This document shows, in pieces, positions 34,067 to 42,847 of a stretch of DNA of 44,767 nucleotides. The first letter of the stretch is position 1, and every line of letters begins with the position of its first letter. A program made the translations under genes and the position numbers. The notes below the pieces were generated by a model that saw nothing but the letters and a program-made list of their open reading frames with translations, was not told where the DNA came from and ran no database searches. Origin of the DNA: a virus (Duplodnaviria > Caudoviricetes); IMG/VR virus record IMGVR_UViG_3300027575_000005, positions 1 to 44,767 of that record; one strand, 5' to 3'.

Positions 34067-36736
34067 TCACCCCACCGCAGCGAGATACATCGGGGCGTTG
34101 TCGTTGGATGATGGAGCGAGATCGCGGGCAAGAAGATAATTGAATACCGATCCGGTCTCGCAAAGCTGCGGCGACGCGGTTAAGGTGGCGCTGCCGCTGA
34201 TCGGCGTAATGGCGCCAGTGATATCGCGGCATTGCGTGTAGATGGCATTGAGCGTGTAAGCTGTCGGGCCGCCGCCTTCATCCCAGACTGCGAGCGCCGC
34301 ATAGCCTGGCCGCGAGATCGGCACGGTGTAGATCGTTCCGGTCAACGTGTACTGACCGACGAAGGCGCCTTGCATCCATTTGGTCATCTGGACATAGGCA
34401 GTCCCGGCTTGGGTCAGCGTGCTAACGCAAGGCGGGATGGTCCCCGATCCACACGTCCACAAAGTACCAAAGCCGGATGACGACGGAGGCGCCGGATCGT
34501 TGGTCACGTTGTCGTCGTAGGCGTACCAATAGACCCGTGAAATTCCCATTCCGTATTTGACGAGCAACGTCTTGGCAGCAAATATCGCCTGCTGCGTCGC
34601 ATCAGAGAATGCCGAATTGATGCCCCAACTGCTTTCTGTGTCCCAAAACGGCAGGTTGGAAACACCGTAAATCGAGAATTGCGTTTTGTAATCCTTGATC
34701 GCCTGGATGATATTGCCAACGTTGACGCTGCCCGATGTCGGATAAAGATGAACCGCCATCACGTCTTGCATGTTAGCGGCGTTCCCGCCAGCGGCAAGAT
34801 ACTGCGCCATGATGGTCGGGCCGTAACCGAAGCTGGCATTGACGGACGACGGCGATGCTACCGTAGAGGAAGGAGCAATCGCCTTGACGGCTGGATAGAG
34901 CGCCTTTACCCAAAGAACGATCTGAGACATCGACAACGCCGGCAACACCGCTGAGCTATTGTTGTTGAAGAAGCTGAACTCGTTCATCGCCTCCCAGGCC
35001 GTAACCTCTGGGTTCGCGCCCGTTCCGTATCTGGTGACAATGCTGTTAATGAACGCCGTCAGGAAATCGAACCGAGTCACGGATGCGACCGGAACGGAAA
35101 AGCCAGTGACGCCGCCGATGTTGCCCGAGCTTGCCGACAGCGTATCACCGACCTTGTAGAGATTCGTGCCGCCATTTTGAAGCGTGACGGCAGTGACCGC
35201 GCCGCCCGAGACAGTGACGTTCGCTATCGCACCCGAGCCAGTGCCGCCGGTCATTGCGACGTTCTGATAGGTTGCGTCTACGCCGCCCGATCCCGCAGTG
35301 ATCGAGCCGAGCGTGTTGGTGTTGCCCTGATCGCCACTGGTCGAACTCGATGGCACCCATGTTTGACCGGAAACGCCGCCTGCCCAAGTGGGGGTTTCCC
35401 GAAAGTCGTAATCCGTTGGCAGGCCGAGCGCCTGCGTGCCGCTCAGATAGGCATCCAAGGATGCGGTCGGTGCCGAACCATTGGCTGTCGTATAGGCAAA
35501 AGTGCCATTGGCCGTTTCAATATATCGCCACGTTGTTCGCCCGACGCGGCGCGCTACAGCGGCCGGAACCGCGAGCGATGTGGTTAATGTTGGCTGCGTA
35601 ATCGGCGCTGAGAAATGCAAACCAAAATAACTGGACGGAACCGTGTTTGATGCCAGCGTCTGGCTTTGCAACTGCGCTGAGGTTAGACGCACCTTCCAAA
35701 TCGTGATGCGCTCGATGCACATATTTGCAGGCAAGCTGGTCCCGAGGCGCGTTCCTAAGTAGGTCGTTACGACAGCATTCGGCGCAACGCCGTCCGAAGT
35801 AACAATGCCGCCATTCGCATTCAATGACCTGCCAGTGGAGTCCCATGCAAATGCAGTCCGATTGCGTGAGGTCCACGAAAGAATTGCATTGGTGAGTGTG
35901 CTGGACGCGGCATTCCAAAAAGACGCCAACGTATCGGCAATATTTGGTTGTCTTTCTAAGACTGCGCGGTTACCAGAATTGCCTAGCACAATATTTGTTT
36001 GCGCTCCGCTAGGCGACTCGGCCGCATTTGTCTGCACAATCACAGTGCCCGCAGTGATCGTCGCAAACGGTGCGGCAGGTCCGGCCGCAAGCGGAACATT
36101 GTCTATTGCGCGGGTAACCGCGGCCACCGTCGTGATTATCAACGATGTCCCGAATGCGCCGTTTTCTAGTTGAAAGGCGTTCAAGGAACCTGACACCGTG
36201 ACGACGACGGTGCCCGCGATGGTCAGCACAAAAGTATTAGGCTGCCCTTGAACAGCCGCACCGAACCCGGTGCCAGTCGCCGTTCCTGCGGACGATGTTG
36301 CCGAACCAGCACCATTGACCCATAGCGTATAAGTGCCCGTGCCGAGCGACGCTGTTGTTTGCGTCGCGGGCGCGGTGCTGTTCAACAGCGAGTTCGTGCG
36401 CGCTTCTTCAATCAGAACACAATTATTTACCGTATAACGAACCTGATTCGCCGAGTACGTGGTGAAGGCCGCGCCAGATGCAGATGCAGGGAGAAGATCG
36501 GTTGCTCCCGCACCCGCTCTAGTTTCCGATACGCAATTTGTTAGAGAACTACATCCGGTATAGGCGCTGGTTAGAAAATTAATATCAAAATCAGGCGACG
36601 GTAATCCACTCCCCAACGGCAAGCTAGGACCAAGCGGCACCAGGGAACCTGGACCGATCGGCGGATAAATCCATTGTGCTAACGCAGTAGCACTAAAAAA
36701 TAAAACAACAAATAACGTTGCTATGTATCGAATCAT
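34067..36736 (-). CDS. Exported head-spike/lectin protein fused to a clan-A glycoside hydrolase
   Basis: Leader ending TALA|Q; LIEEARTNSLLNS head-spike-fibre motif and LamG-like region; WEAMNEF (acid/base), AVHLYP, WDTESSW (nucleophile) and YWYAYD of GH5/GH39-like barrels. Confidence 0.75.
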   Translation of the reverse strand: MIRYIATLFVVLFFSATALAQWIYPPIGPGSLVPLGPSLPLGSGLPSPDFDINFLTSAYTGCSSLTNCVSETRAGAGATDLLPASASGAAFTTYSANQVRYTVNNCVLIEEARTNSLLNSTAPATQTTASLGTGTYTLWVNGAGSATSSAGTATGTGFGAAVQGQPNTFVLTIAGTVVVTVSGSLNAFQLENGAFGTSLIITTVAAVTRAIDNVPLAAGPAAPFATITAGTVIVQTNAAESPSGAQTNIVLGNSGNRAVLERQPNIADTLASFWNAASSTLTNAILSWTSRNRTAFAWDSTGRSLNANGGIVTSDGVAPNAVVTTYLGTRLGTSLPANMCIERITIWKVRLTSAQLQSQTLASNTVPSSYFGLHFSAPITQPTLTTSLAVPAAVARRVGRTTWRYIETANGTFAYTTANGSAPTASLDAYLSGTQALGLPTDYDFRETPTWAGGVSGQTWVPSSSTSGDQGNTNTLGSITAGSGGVDATYQNVAMTGGTGSGAIANVTVSGGAVTAVTLQNGGTNLYKVGDTLSASSGNIGGVTGFSVPVASVTRFDFLTAFINSIVTRYGTGANPEVTAWEAMNEFSFFNNNSSAVLPALSMSQIVLWVKALYPAVKAIAPSSTVASPSSVNASFGYGPTIMAQYLAAGGNAANMQDVMAVHLYPTSGSVNVGNIIQAIKDYKTQFSIYGVSNLPFWDTESSWGINSAFSDATQQAIFAAKTLLVKYGMGISRVYWYAYDDNVTNDPAPPSSSGFGTLWTCGSGTIPPCVSTLTQAGTAYVQMTKWMQGAFVGQYTLTGTIYTVPISRPGYAALAVWDEGGGPTAYTLNAIYTQCRDITGAITPISGSATLTASPQLCETGSVFNYLLARDLAPSSNDNAPMYLAAVG

Positions 36737-37479
36737 GTCAAATCGTCGCCAACAACATAAACGTCACAGGTTGCTGCCGATCCCGCTCCTGTGCTCAAAG
36801 CCAGATAGACGTTCGCTAGGGTCATTCTCGGATTAGAAGCTATCGTTGGGTTTAAAACAATTGTCAGCGCGCTCAATGACGAATAAGCCTGCGACGCCGC
36901 TACAATAGGCGTCCCACCTTTAGAGGTTGTTGGATAAAAACCACCTACGGCAAGTGTGAGAGTTCCCGAACAATTGGTTACCGTAATTTTTGTTATCTGA
37001 AACGCAGTGATCCGCGAATTGATCGGAATAGCTTGGTCCGTCGTGATGTTGAAATTCGCACTGCGGAGCGAACCAAGAACGCCGCTCAATCCAGTTGGTA
37101 AGCGTGCTTGATTTAATGTGCCTCCAGCGATATTGCCGGCCTGAGTAGTGTCGGTCGTCGCCGAAGCGGCAAATGCTGATCCATTCGTTTTTGTGCAAAC
37201 GGTCGCAACCGCACCGGCAGAAGTCGTACAGTCACCCGTGAGTGCTGGCATACGCCCTGCGGCTACCGTTCCGGTTCCTAAGTCGGATGCGCTGCCAGAG
37301 GTCGCAATGGCCGCAGGAGACGAACCATTTATCTTCGCAACGGTCGGAGATGGATATGTTCCCGAAAGATCGCCGCTAGCCGAGCCTGCGGGCGCAGAGG
37401 TTCCGCCGCCGTTAGGCCCCGTCTGCGCTATGGCGGCGTGAGTCCATAACGCAATAAGGAGAGCGAAGAATATCCTCAT
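36733..37479 (-). CDS. Exported fibre-like protein
   Basis: Leader ending AAIA|Q; GDLSGTYPSPTV and SGSASDL..GT...RMP fibre repeats. Confidence 0.7.
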   Translation of the reverse strand: MRIFFALLIALWTHAAIAQTGPNGGGTSAPAGSASGDLSGTYPSPTVAKINGSSPAAIATSGSASDLGTGTVAAGRMPALTGDCTTSAGAVATVCTKTNGSAFAASATTDTTQAGNIAGGTLNQARLPTGLSGVLGSLRSANFNITTDQAIPINSRITAFQITKITVTNCSGTLTLAVGGFYPTTSKGGTPIVAASQAYSSLSALTIVLNPTIASNPRMTLANVYLALSTGAGSAATCDVYVVGDDLT

Positions 37480-37919
37480 GGAAACGTCTCAACATCGAGA
37501 ATTGCGCCCGATGATTGCTGGATGAATTGAACTGTTGAAAGTGGCCCGGCGTATTGAAAACAAGAACCCGCTGCCGCCGGCATTCCAATGCTCGCCGTAG
37601 GCGTCACTACACCCGACGAGGTATAGCGCACAGCTTGCGTTTCAACGCAGATTTGAGCGATGGTGGCGTTAGAGAGAATCGTCCCCGTGGCGCAATTAGC
37701 CGTCAGCAATTTAGTTGCCGCAGAGAGGGACGTGATTTGGCAATACTGCGGCGGAACTGCGGGTGGCACACCATATTGACCCGACCTAACAGAAGTGGGG
37801 TTGCTCGGCGTCCCGCCTCCACCGCCGGGAATCTGCGCGTCTGCCGACAAATAACTGACGCTCGCCAGCACAAGGCCAGCGAGCGTCAGTGTTGCAATTC
37901 GGCGAAGGTGAAACCGCAT
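37476..37919 (-). CDS. Exported decoration-like protein
   Basis: Leader ending SADA|Q; ETQAVRY...PTASIGM motif of phage beta-sandwich decoration proteins. Confidence 0.7.
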   Translation of the reverse strand: MRFHLRRIATLTLAGLVLASVSYLSADAQIPGGGGGTPSNPTSVRSGQYGVPPAVPPQYCQITSLSAATKLLTANCATGTILSNATIAQICVETQAVRYTSSGVVTPTASIGMPAAAGSCFQYAGPLSTVQFIQQSSGAILDVETFP

Positions 37920-37927
37920 ATCCCCGC

Positions 37928-38443
37928 TCAGACCATATCCGGTTCGGGCCGCGATCGCTCGACGGGAGTGGAGTCGGCCGGCGGCGGGTAATAGTCAGCG
38001 GGAGGCGACGGGGGATTCTCCACGGCCAGCTCGGGAGGCGCGGCCGTCAACGGCAACCGAGGCTCGGGCACATAGTCAACCGCAGGAAGCGCCGCCGCGC
38101 GCCGATTGCGCTCGGTCTGATCATTAAGAGGACGCCCATGCTCCCGATTGAATTCCTGCAAGTCCGCGTCGCTCATGACCTGATAGCCCGGCTGAACCTG
38201 CCGTACAGGAGCGAGTCGCTGCCGCTTGTAGTCCTCAAGCATCAACGTCGAAAGCTCGAAGCCCGGCTGTAGCAAGGCTTTCAATTCCGTAAACTGATTA
38301 TCCGAAAGCACCGCTTGCGGCGCTGCCTTGTCGGAATCGTGCAGGTCGGTCAGAAAGGCCTTGAGTTCCTGCAAGTGAGCGTCCGTGATCACCACGGCAT
38401 TGTTCACATCGACAGGCTCGTGGTCATTGATATGTCGCGGCAT
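37928..38443 (-). CDS. Hypothetical protein with Pro-rich tail
   Basis: GGGAG RBS before MPRHIND; the upstream extension in the ORF track overlaps another gene. Confidence 0.65.
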   Translation of the reverse strand: MPRHINDHEPVDVNNAVVITDAHLQELKAFLTDLHDSDKAAPQAVLSDNQFTELKALLQPGFELSTLMLEDYKRQRLAPVRQVQPGYQVMSDADLQEFNREHGRPLNDQTERNRRAAALPAVDYVPEPRLPLTAAPPELAVENPPSPPADYYPPPADSTPVERSRPEPDMV

Positions 38444-38468
38444 TGTAGTCTCCCTTTGGTTCCCACTC

Positions 38469-38759
38469 TCAATTGTTTTCAGCGTCCTCGGACTCGATAG
38501 CCAAGTCCTCGATCTGTAATTCGATGCGGCATGTTCCATCCACGCCAATGTTCGATCCTGGCAGAATGCGCGCCATGAAATGCCCATGAACCATACCGTC
38601 TGTAACTGCGACGGATGGATCAAGATCGAGCTTGGCCATTTCCTTTTCAGTCAGGCAGATTCGTAGCCCGCAGGGATAGTCCGGCATCGGCATGGGCATC
38701 GGAAGGATCGCATCCATCTTATCTTCATCATCCAATTCCATGTTTCTCATGACGATCAT
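38469..38759 (-). CDS. Capsid staple protein (epsilon15 gp10-like)
   Basis: DYPCGLRICL...LDLD...RIELQIEDL pattern. Confidence 0.65.
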   Translation of the reverse strand: MIVMRNMELDDEDKMDAILPMPMPMPDYPCGLRICLTEKEMAKLDLDPSVAVTDGMVHGHFMARILPGSNIGVDGTCRIELQIEDLAIESEDAENN

Positions 38760-38766
38760 GACACCC

Positions 38767-39219
38767 TCACGCAGCAGCAGCGGCAGGAGGCCCACCGGGC
38801 GCCGCGCCTGGCGCGGGGGCCGCAGCAGCCTCGGGAGCTGGCGTCCCCGCGGCGGGCGCCCCAGGCCCACCACCGGCCTGCATTTCCTCCATCTGCCGCG
38901 CGGCCATATCGTCGTGTTCCTTGGAATGCCGCGAATGCATCTGATCGTACTCGGAACGATGGTTGCCGTGCATGTCGCGTCGTTCGGTACGATGGCGCTT
39001 GTGCATTTCCTCGCGTTCGGCGGAATGCTTTTCGTGCATCGACGGGCCAGCTTGTGGCTCTTTTTCCTTGTCCTCACCTTCGGGCTTTTTGGCCTCGCCT
39101 TTAGGCGGCTCCTTGTCTTTTTTCGCCTCGGACTTTCCCGACTCGCCGCCCATCTTCTTCGAGGACTCGTGGCCGTACATCTTCGACTTCGGCTTTTCGT
39201 CTTTTTCTTTTTCGGCCAT
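38767..39219 (-). CDS. Charged His/Met-rich protein (possible internal head protein)
   Basis: MHEKH..EREEMHKRH...MH repeats; Ala/Pro tail. Confidence 0.7.
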   Translation of the reverse strand: MAEKEKDEKPKSKMYGHESSKKMGGESGKSEAKKDKEPPKGEAKKPEGEDKEKEPQAGPSMHEKHSAEREEMHKRHRTERRDMHGNHRSEYDQMHSRHSKEHDDMAARQMEEMQAGGGPGAPAAGTPAPEAAAAPAPGAAPGGPPAAAAA

Positions 39220-39221
39220 GA

Positions 39222-39449
39222 TCACATTCCCTTTGCACTGGATGGATGCGAATACATTTTGGACTTACGCTTCATGCCCATCAAGTTCTGAGCCAGCCGC
39301 GCCTCTTTACCCAAAGCGCCGGGCGCGTCTTTCTTCTCGGCCGCATACTCTCGCGTCGTCTCGCCCGCGGCTTCTGCCTTGGCTTTGAACTTGCCCCGAT
39401 TCCCTTTCGGGATGGCTTTCTTGATCCAATTTTTCTTGCCTTCGGCCAT
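39222..39449 (-). CDS. Small basic phage protein
   Basis: KKNWIKKAI...PGALGKEARLA..L family pattern; start 39449 or 39494. Confidence 0.7.
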   Translation of the reverse strand: MAEGKKNWIKKAIPKGNRGKFKAKAEAAGETTREYAAEKKDAPGALGKEARLAQNLMGMKRKSKMYSHPSSAKGM

Positions 39450-39493
39450 CGAGGTTGTCCTTGAGAGCATATCAACGATTGTCGGCGAGGCCA

Positions 39494-39670
39494 TTACATT
39501 TTCGCACTTGAAGCGTGACTATAGAGCGGCTTTTTCTTCTTGCCTTGCGCCTTATCGGCAACGGCAAAATCCTTTCCTACGGATTGCGGGACCCCGACTC
39601 GCTTTGCGGCTTTCGGGTCATGGGCGACCATTTCCATGAAGTTGTGTTGTTTCTGACTGACCGAGGGCAT
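39494..39670 (-). CDS. Small basic phage protein (not in ORF track)
   Basis: MPSVSQKQHNFMEMVAHDPKAAKRVGVPQSVGKDF..ADK..., a recurrent phage small-protein pattern. Confidence 0.75.
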   Translation of the reverse strand: MPSVSQKQHNFMEMVAHDPKAAKRVGVPQSVGKDFAVADKAQGKKKKPLYSHASSAKM

Positions 39671-40050
39671 CACGGTTCCTCAAACGCATTGGCAGTGTGC
39701 GCAGCAAGCATCATTTTCTGCAACGTCTGAGCATCGGATCGCGCTGCGTCGCTCAAGCCTAACTGCGATTCGTAATTCATGCGCAGCCGGATAGCATCGG
39801 GCGAATAAGGATCGTGCCGCAGAAAGAAACTGATTCCCTCGATAGCGACTGCTGGATGAGTCGGATTGAGCATCGGCCATTCGACCAGCGCTGCTCTGAA
39901 AAACGGATTGATCGGGTACAGTTTGATAGCGTTTGCGATTCCGAGCATAGGCAGCGACGACGAGCGCGCCAAATAGACGGTATGCTGTGCCATCAGCGAG
40001 GCCACCGCACTCCATATCGCGACGACGGTAAGCGCCGCCCGCAGCAACAA
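39670..40050 (-). CDS. Exported helical-repeat protein overlapping the ligase 3' end
   Basis: TTG start gives MLLRAALTVVAIWSAVASLMA|Q...AIKLYPINPFFR...LRHDPYSPD; TGATG-coupled to the next gene. Confidence 0.55.
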   Translation of the reverse strand: MLLRAALTVVAIWSAVASLMAQHTVYLARSSSLPMLGIANAIKLYPINPFFRAALVEWPMLNPTHPAVAIEGISFFLRHDPYSPDAIRLRMNYESQLGLSDAARSDAQTLQKMMLAAHTANAFEEP

Positions 40051-41035
40051 GCCCAAGAATTCCCGTGGTCGGATTGTGCAGCGGAAAGGCAAAGCAGGAC
40101 ATGACACAGAGCGCGAGGAACGCGTACTTTTCCCAGCATGTCGGGCCGCTGAGAACTCCTGCGGACAAAAGCCCTGCCAGAACGATTCCCATAATGCCAA
40201 GCTCATAGGTCAATTCCAGCCAGTCGTTGTGCGCGTGATCGCTACGGATTCTTTCGATAGGTTGTCTGGTCGCGGCTTCTGGAAACGTATTGTAGAACTG
40301 TCCTATCCCCCGGCCTAAGAAAGTTGTTCCGGCAAGCGTGTCTTTCCACAGGTCCGTGCGGTCTTTTGCGGAGTGGAGTTTTCCGGGGGTCAGAGTGAGG
40401 ACTGCGGCACCGATGCAAGTGGCGATGATGGTTATGATGGTCACGGTTCGGCTGAGTTTCCAGACCATCAGTGCGGTCACCATGCCGCCTGCGAGAATCA
40501 CGGTACGGTCCATCGGAAGCATTAGCGCCGGCAGGATCGCTGCGGCCATGAGCCAACGTCGTTGCCAGACTATCGGGACGATAACGAGCGACGCCGCTTC
40601 CGCCATGAAATCCCGATTGCCGAATAGTCCCGCGGGCGAAGCCGTCAAAACCTCCATAACCGGATGCCATCCGAGAACCTGACAAACCGCGAGCGCGGAA
40701 TTGACGATCATTCCCCACGCCGCGCCTTCAAAGATATTTTCAGCACCGCCCGCGCGCCCCACAACGAAAGCACCCGCAAGCAGCCCGAGTTGAAGAAACC
40801 CGTTGATGGCGTTTAAAGGTTCTGGCGCCCATGCAAACGACACGAGCGCCAGAATAAGTAGGACACCACCGCAGAGAGTCCAACGAATGGACGGAACGAT
40901 CCAGATCAGCAACGCAATGCACAGCCACGCTACCGCCCAGCGTCCGACATTCACATCGGCGTAGGCGTTTGGAACGAACGCGACTGCCAGGCCGAAACCT
41001 AGCAGCCGCGCCGTGATTGTGCAGACGATTTCCAC
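39680..41035 (-). CDS. O-antigen ligase / O-oligosaccharyltransferase (Wzy_C, WaaL/PglL-like)
   Basis: About 11 TM segments; GLFGNRD, RTDLW, FLGRGIGQF, HAHNDWLE..YELG..G, FPLHNP. GTG start at 41035. Confidence 0.85.
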   Translation of the reverse strand: MEIVCTITARLLGFGLAVAFVPNAYADVNVGRWAVAWLCIALLIWIVPSIRWTLCGGVLLILALVSFAWAPEPLNAINGFLQLGLLAGAFVVGRAGGAENIFEGAAWGMIVNSALAVCQVLGWHPVMEVLTASPAGLFGNRDFMAEAASLVIVPIVWQRRWLMAAAILPALMLPMDRTVILAGGMVTALMVWKLSRTVTIITIIATCIGAAVLTLTPGKLHSAKDRTDLWKDTLAGTTFLGRGIGQFYNTFPEAATRQPIERIRSDHAHNDWLELTYELGIMGIVLAGLLSAGVLSGPTCWEKYAFLALCVMSCFAFPLHNPTTGILGLVAAGGAYRRRDMECGGLADGTAYRLFGALVVAAYARNRKRYQTVPDQSVFQSSAGRMADAQSDSSSSRYRGNQFLSAARSLFARCYPAAHELRIAVRLERRSAIRCSDVAENDACCAHCQCV

Positions 41036-41045
41036 CCCGACACCC

Positions 41046-42314
41046 TTACAGTTCCGAGTTGCCGCCGATGGAGCCGGTGCCGCTGTTGCTTTGCAGCATC
41101 GTTGCATTGCCGATGGTCAGGCCGAGCACAACCGTTCCCGAAAGACCGATGCCATACTGAGTCGTCGCGCCAGAGGTCGCCGCGAGCGCCGTAAGGTTGA
41201 CCTGCGTGCCCGTCGATCCGGTCGTGGTCATAGAACCAAACACAGCAGTCGGAGTCGGCGCAACGCGCATCGTTGTCGGATTCGGGATGAAGTAGCGCGA
41301 GGACGTGGTAGAGACGGCCACACCCAAGCCAAAGTCGGTAGTGCCGGATTCCGAACCCACCCAGAAATAACGCTGCTGCAACGCAGTTTCGATCTGCTGC
41401 GAGCGGCGCATGAACGACTTTGCACGAGTATCGCCAGCCCCGAGCGACACGCCAGCCGCACCAGCCGCAGACGACAACGCGCCATTGCGGGTCAACTGGA
41501 TGCCGCTGAACGCAACGTAATCGTTGGTGCTCGCTGTACCCACAGGGGTAAAGCAAAGAGCAACACCAAGTTCGGTCGCGGTCGAAGGGATATTTGCCGC
41601 AACAGTGTAGCGGAGAAAGCCGGTAGTGATGGTAACCGGAATGGCAAAGTTGGTCTCGCCGGTCCAGCCGACCGTGCCCTGACCACCGCCGTTGATGCCA
41701 AAGGCAAGTTTGTTGGTGCCTTCATCCGTGCCCGTTCCGGAGACGATGTAGGCCGTCATCTGCGAGTTCGCGGCGCTGAAATTCGAGCCAGCAACCGCAA
41801 AGAAATCCAATTCCGCAGTGGCACCATCGAAAGCATATGAATTGACGCTTTCGATTTCCTGCATCATGCAGACAGGAACCACGCCGGTCTGACCGGACGT
41901 GCGCGCCATCTTGAACGCATATTTGTACGGAGGGCCAACGTCGGTCGTTGCCGAATCTTGGCTGACCGTCATCGCCGTGGAAGCGCCTGACCAATAAGCC
42001 CAACGATTCGGACCACCATAAGTGACGGACGTGGTGACGCTCGAACCCGTCGTGCCGTTGGCAAAGAGATTGGTCGTTGCATCGCCGCCGATCAGCGCAT
42101 TCTCGGCGCCGTTGCCGGCGAGAGTCGCGGAGTAATTGCCCAGCAAAGAAGCGGGGGCATAGACATTCCCGACAACCGGCTGACCGCCGACAACATCTTG
42201 AAACAGATCGCTCGAACCAATAGCCGTCACCTGCGGGACGCTGGGCGACTGCGAGTAAGCGACACCACCGAGCGCCAGGAGGCCCAGGGCAGCGTAGATC
42301 AGAGTCTTTCTCAT
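41046..42314 (-). CDS. Exported carbohydrate-binding / fibre-tip-like protein
   Basis: AAGGAG RBS; leader ending VAYS|Q; NALIGGD...NRW...GIQL...ETALQQRYF...MRVAPT, a phage fibre CBM-like pattern. Confidence 0.75.
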   Translation of the reverse strand: MRKTLIYAALGLLALGGVAYSQSPSVPQVTAIGSSDLFQDVVGGQPVVGNVYAPASLLGNYSATLAGNGAENALIGGDATTNLFANGTTGSSVTTSVTYGGPNRWAYWSGASTAMTVSQDSATTDVGPPYKYAFKMARTSGQTGVVPVCMMQEIESVNSYAFDGATAELDFFAVAGSNFSAANSQMTAYIVSGTGTDEGTNKLAFGINGGGQGTVGWTGETNFAIPVTITTGFLRYTVAANIPSTATELGVALCFTPVGTASTNDYVAFSGIQLTRNGALSSAAGAAGVSLGAGDTRAKSFMRRSQQIETALQQRYFWVGSESGTTDFGLGVAVSTTSSRYFIPNPTTMRVAPTPTAVFGSMTTTGSTGTQVNLTALAATSGATTQYGIGLSGTVVLGLTIGNATMLQSNSGTGSIGGNSEL

Positions 42315-42335
42315 TGTGGTCTCCTTGATGCCCGA

Positions 42336-42833
42336 TTATTCGGTGCGATAGTAGACATTCCCGCCTGCACTGTAGTGCCACGCGGCGTCAGTCGGCGAAG
42401 TGGACGAACAACTCGTGTAGCCCGCGCCAACGATGGTTTGTGGAGAAGTGGCCGACACTGCCACGGTTGTGGTGCTGCCGCCCGGACAGGTCACCTTGAC
42501 GATCTGCCCATCAGCCGGCGCGAGCGGGAGTGTGATGTTCCAGGTCGTGATGGCGCCCGTGGCAATAGCAAGCGAAGCTGTATTCGGAATCGTCGTGTTG
42601 ACCGTCGTTCCCGCCGCCACGAGGATATAGCCCTCGGAATTGCGAATCTGATTGATCGTCACCGTCTGGATTTGCGGATTGGTGACTACCGTTCCAGTCG
42701 AAGGAACCAAAACATTGATCTGCTCAAGGCCGGTCGGCGACGCAATGAACAATCCTGGAACCTGAGCCAGAACCACAGCCGAGATTGCGACGAACGCAAC
42801 CGCGCTAAGGGCGATTGCCAAAATCTTCTTCAT
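42336..42833 (-). CDS. Exported virion-associated protein
   Basis: Leader MKKILAIALS...VVLA|Q; ITLPLAPADGQIV motif of fibre C-terminal domains. Confidence 0.7.
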   Translation of the reverse strand: MKKILAIALSAVAFVAISAVVLAQVPGLFIASPTGLEQINVLVPSTGTVVTNPQIQTVTINQIRNSEGYILVAAGTTVNTTIPNTASLAIATGAITTWNITLPLAPADGQIVKVTCPGGSTTTVAVSATSPQTIVGAGYTSCSSTSPTDAAWHYSAGGNVYYRTE

Positions 42834-42847
42834 GGTCCCGTTCCTTC

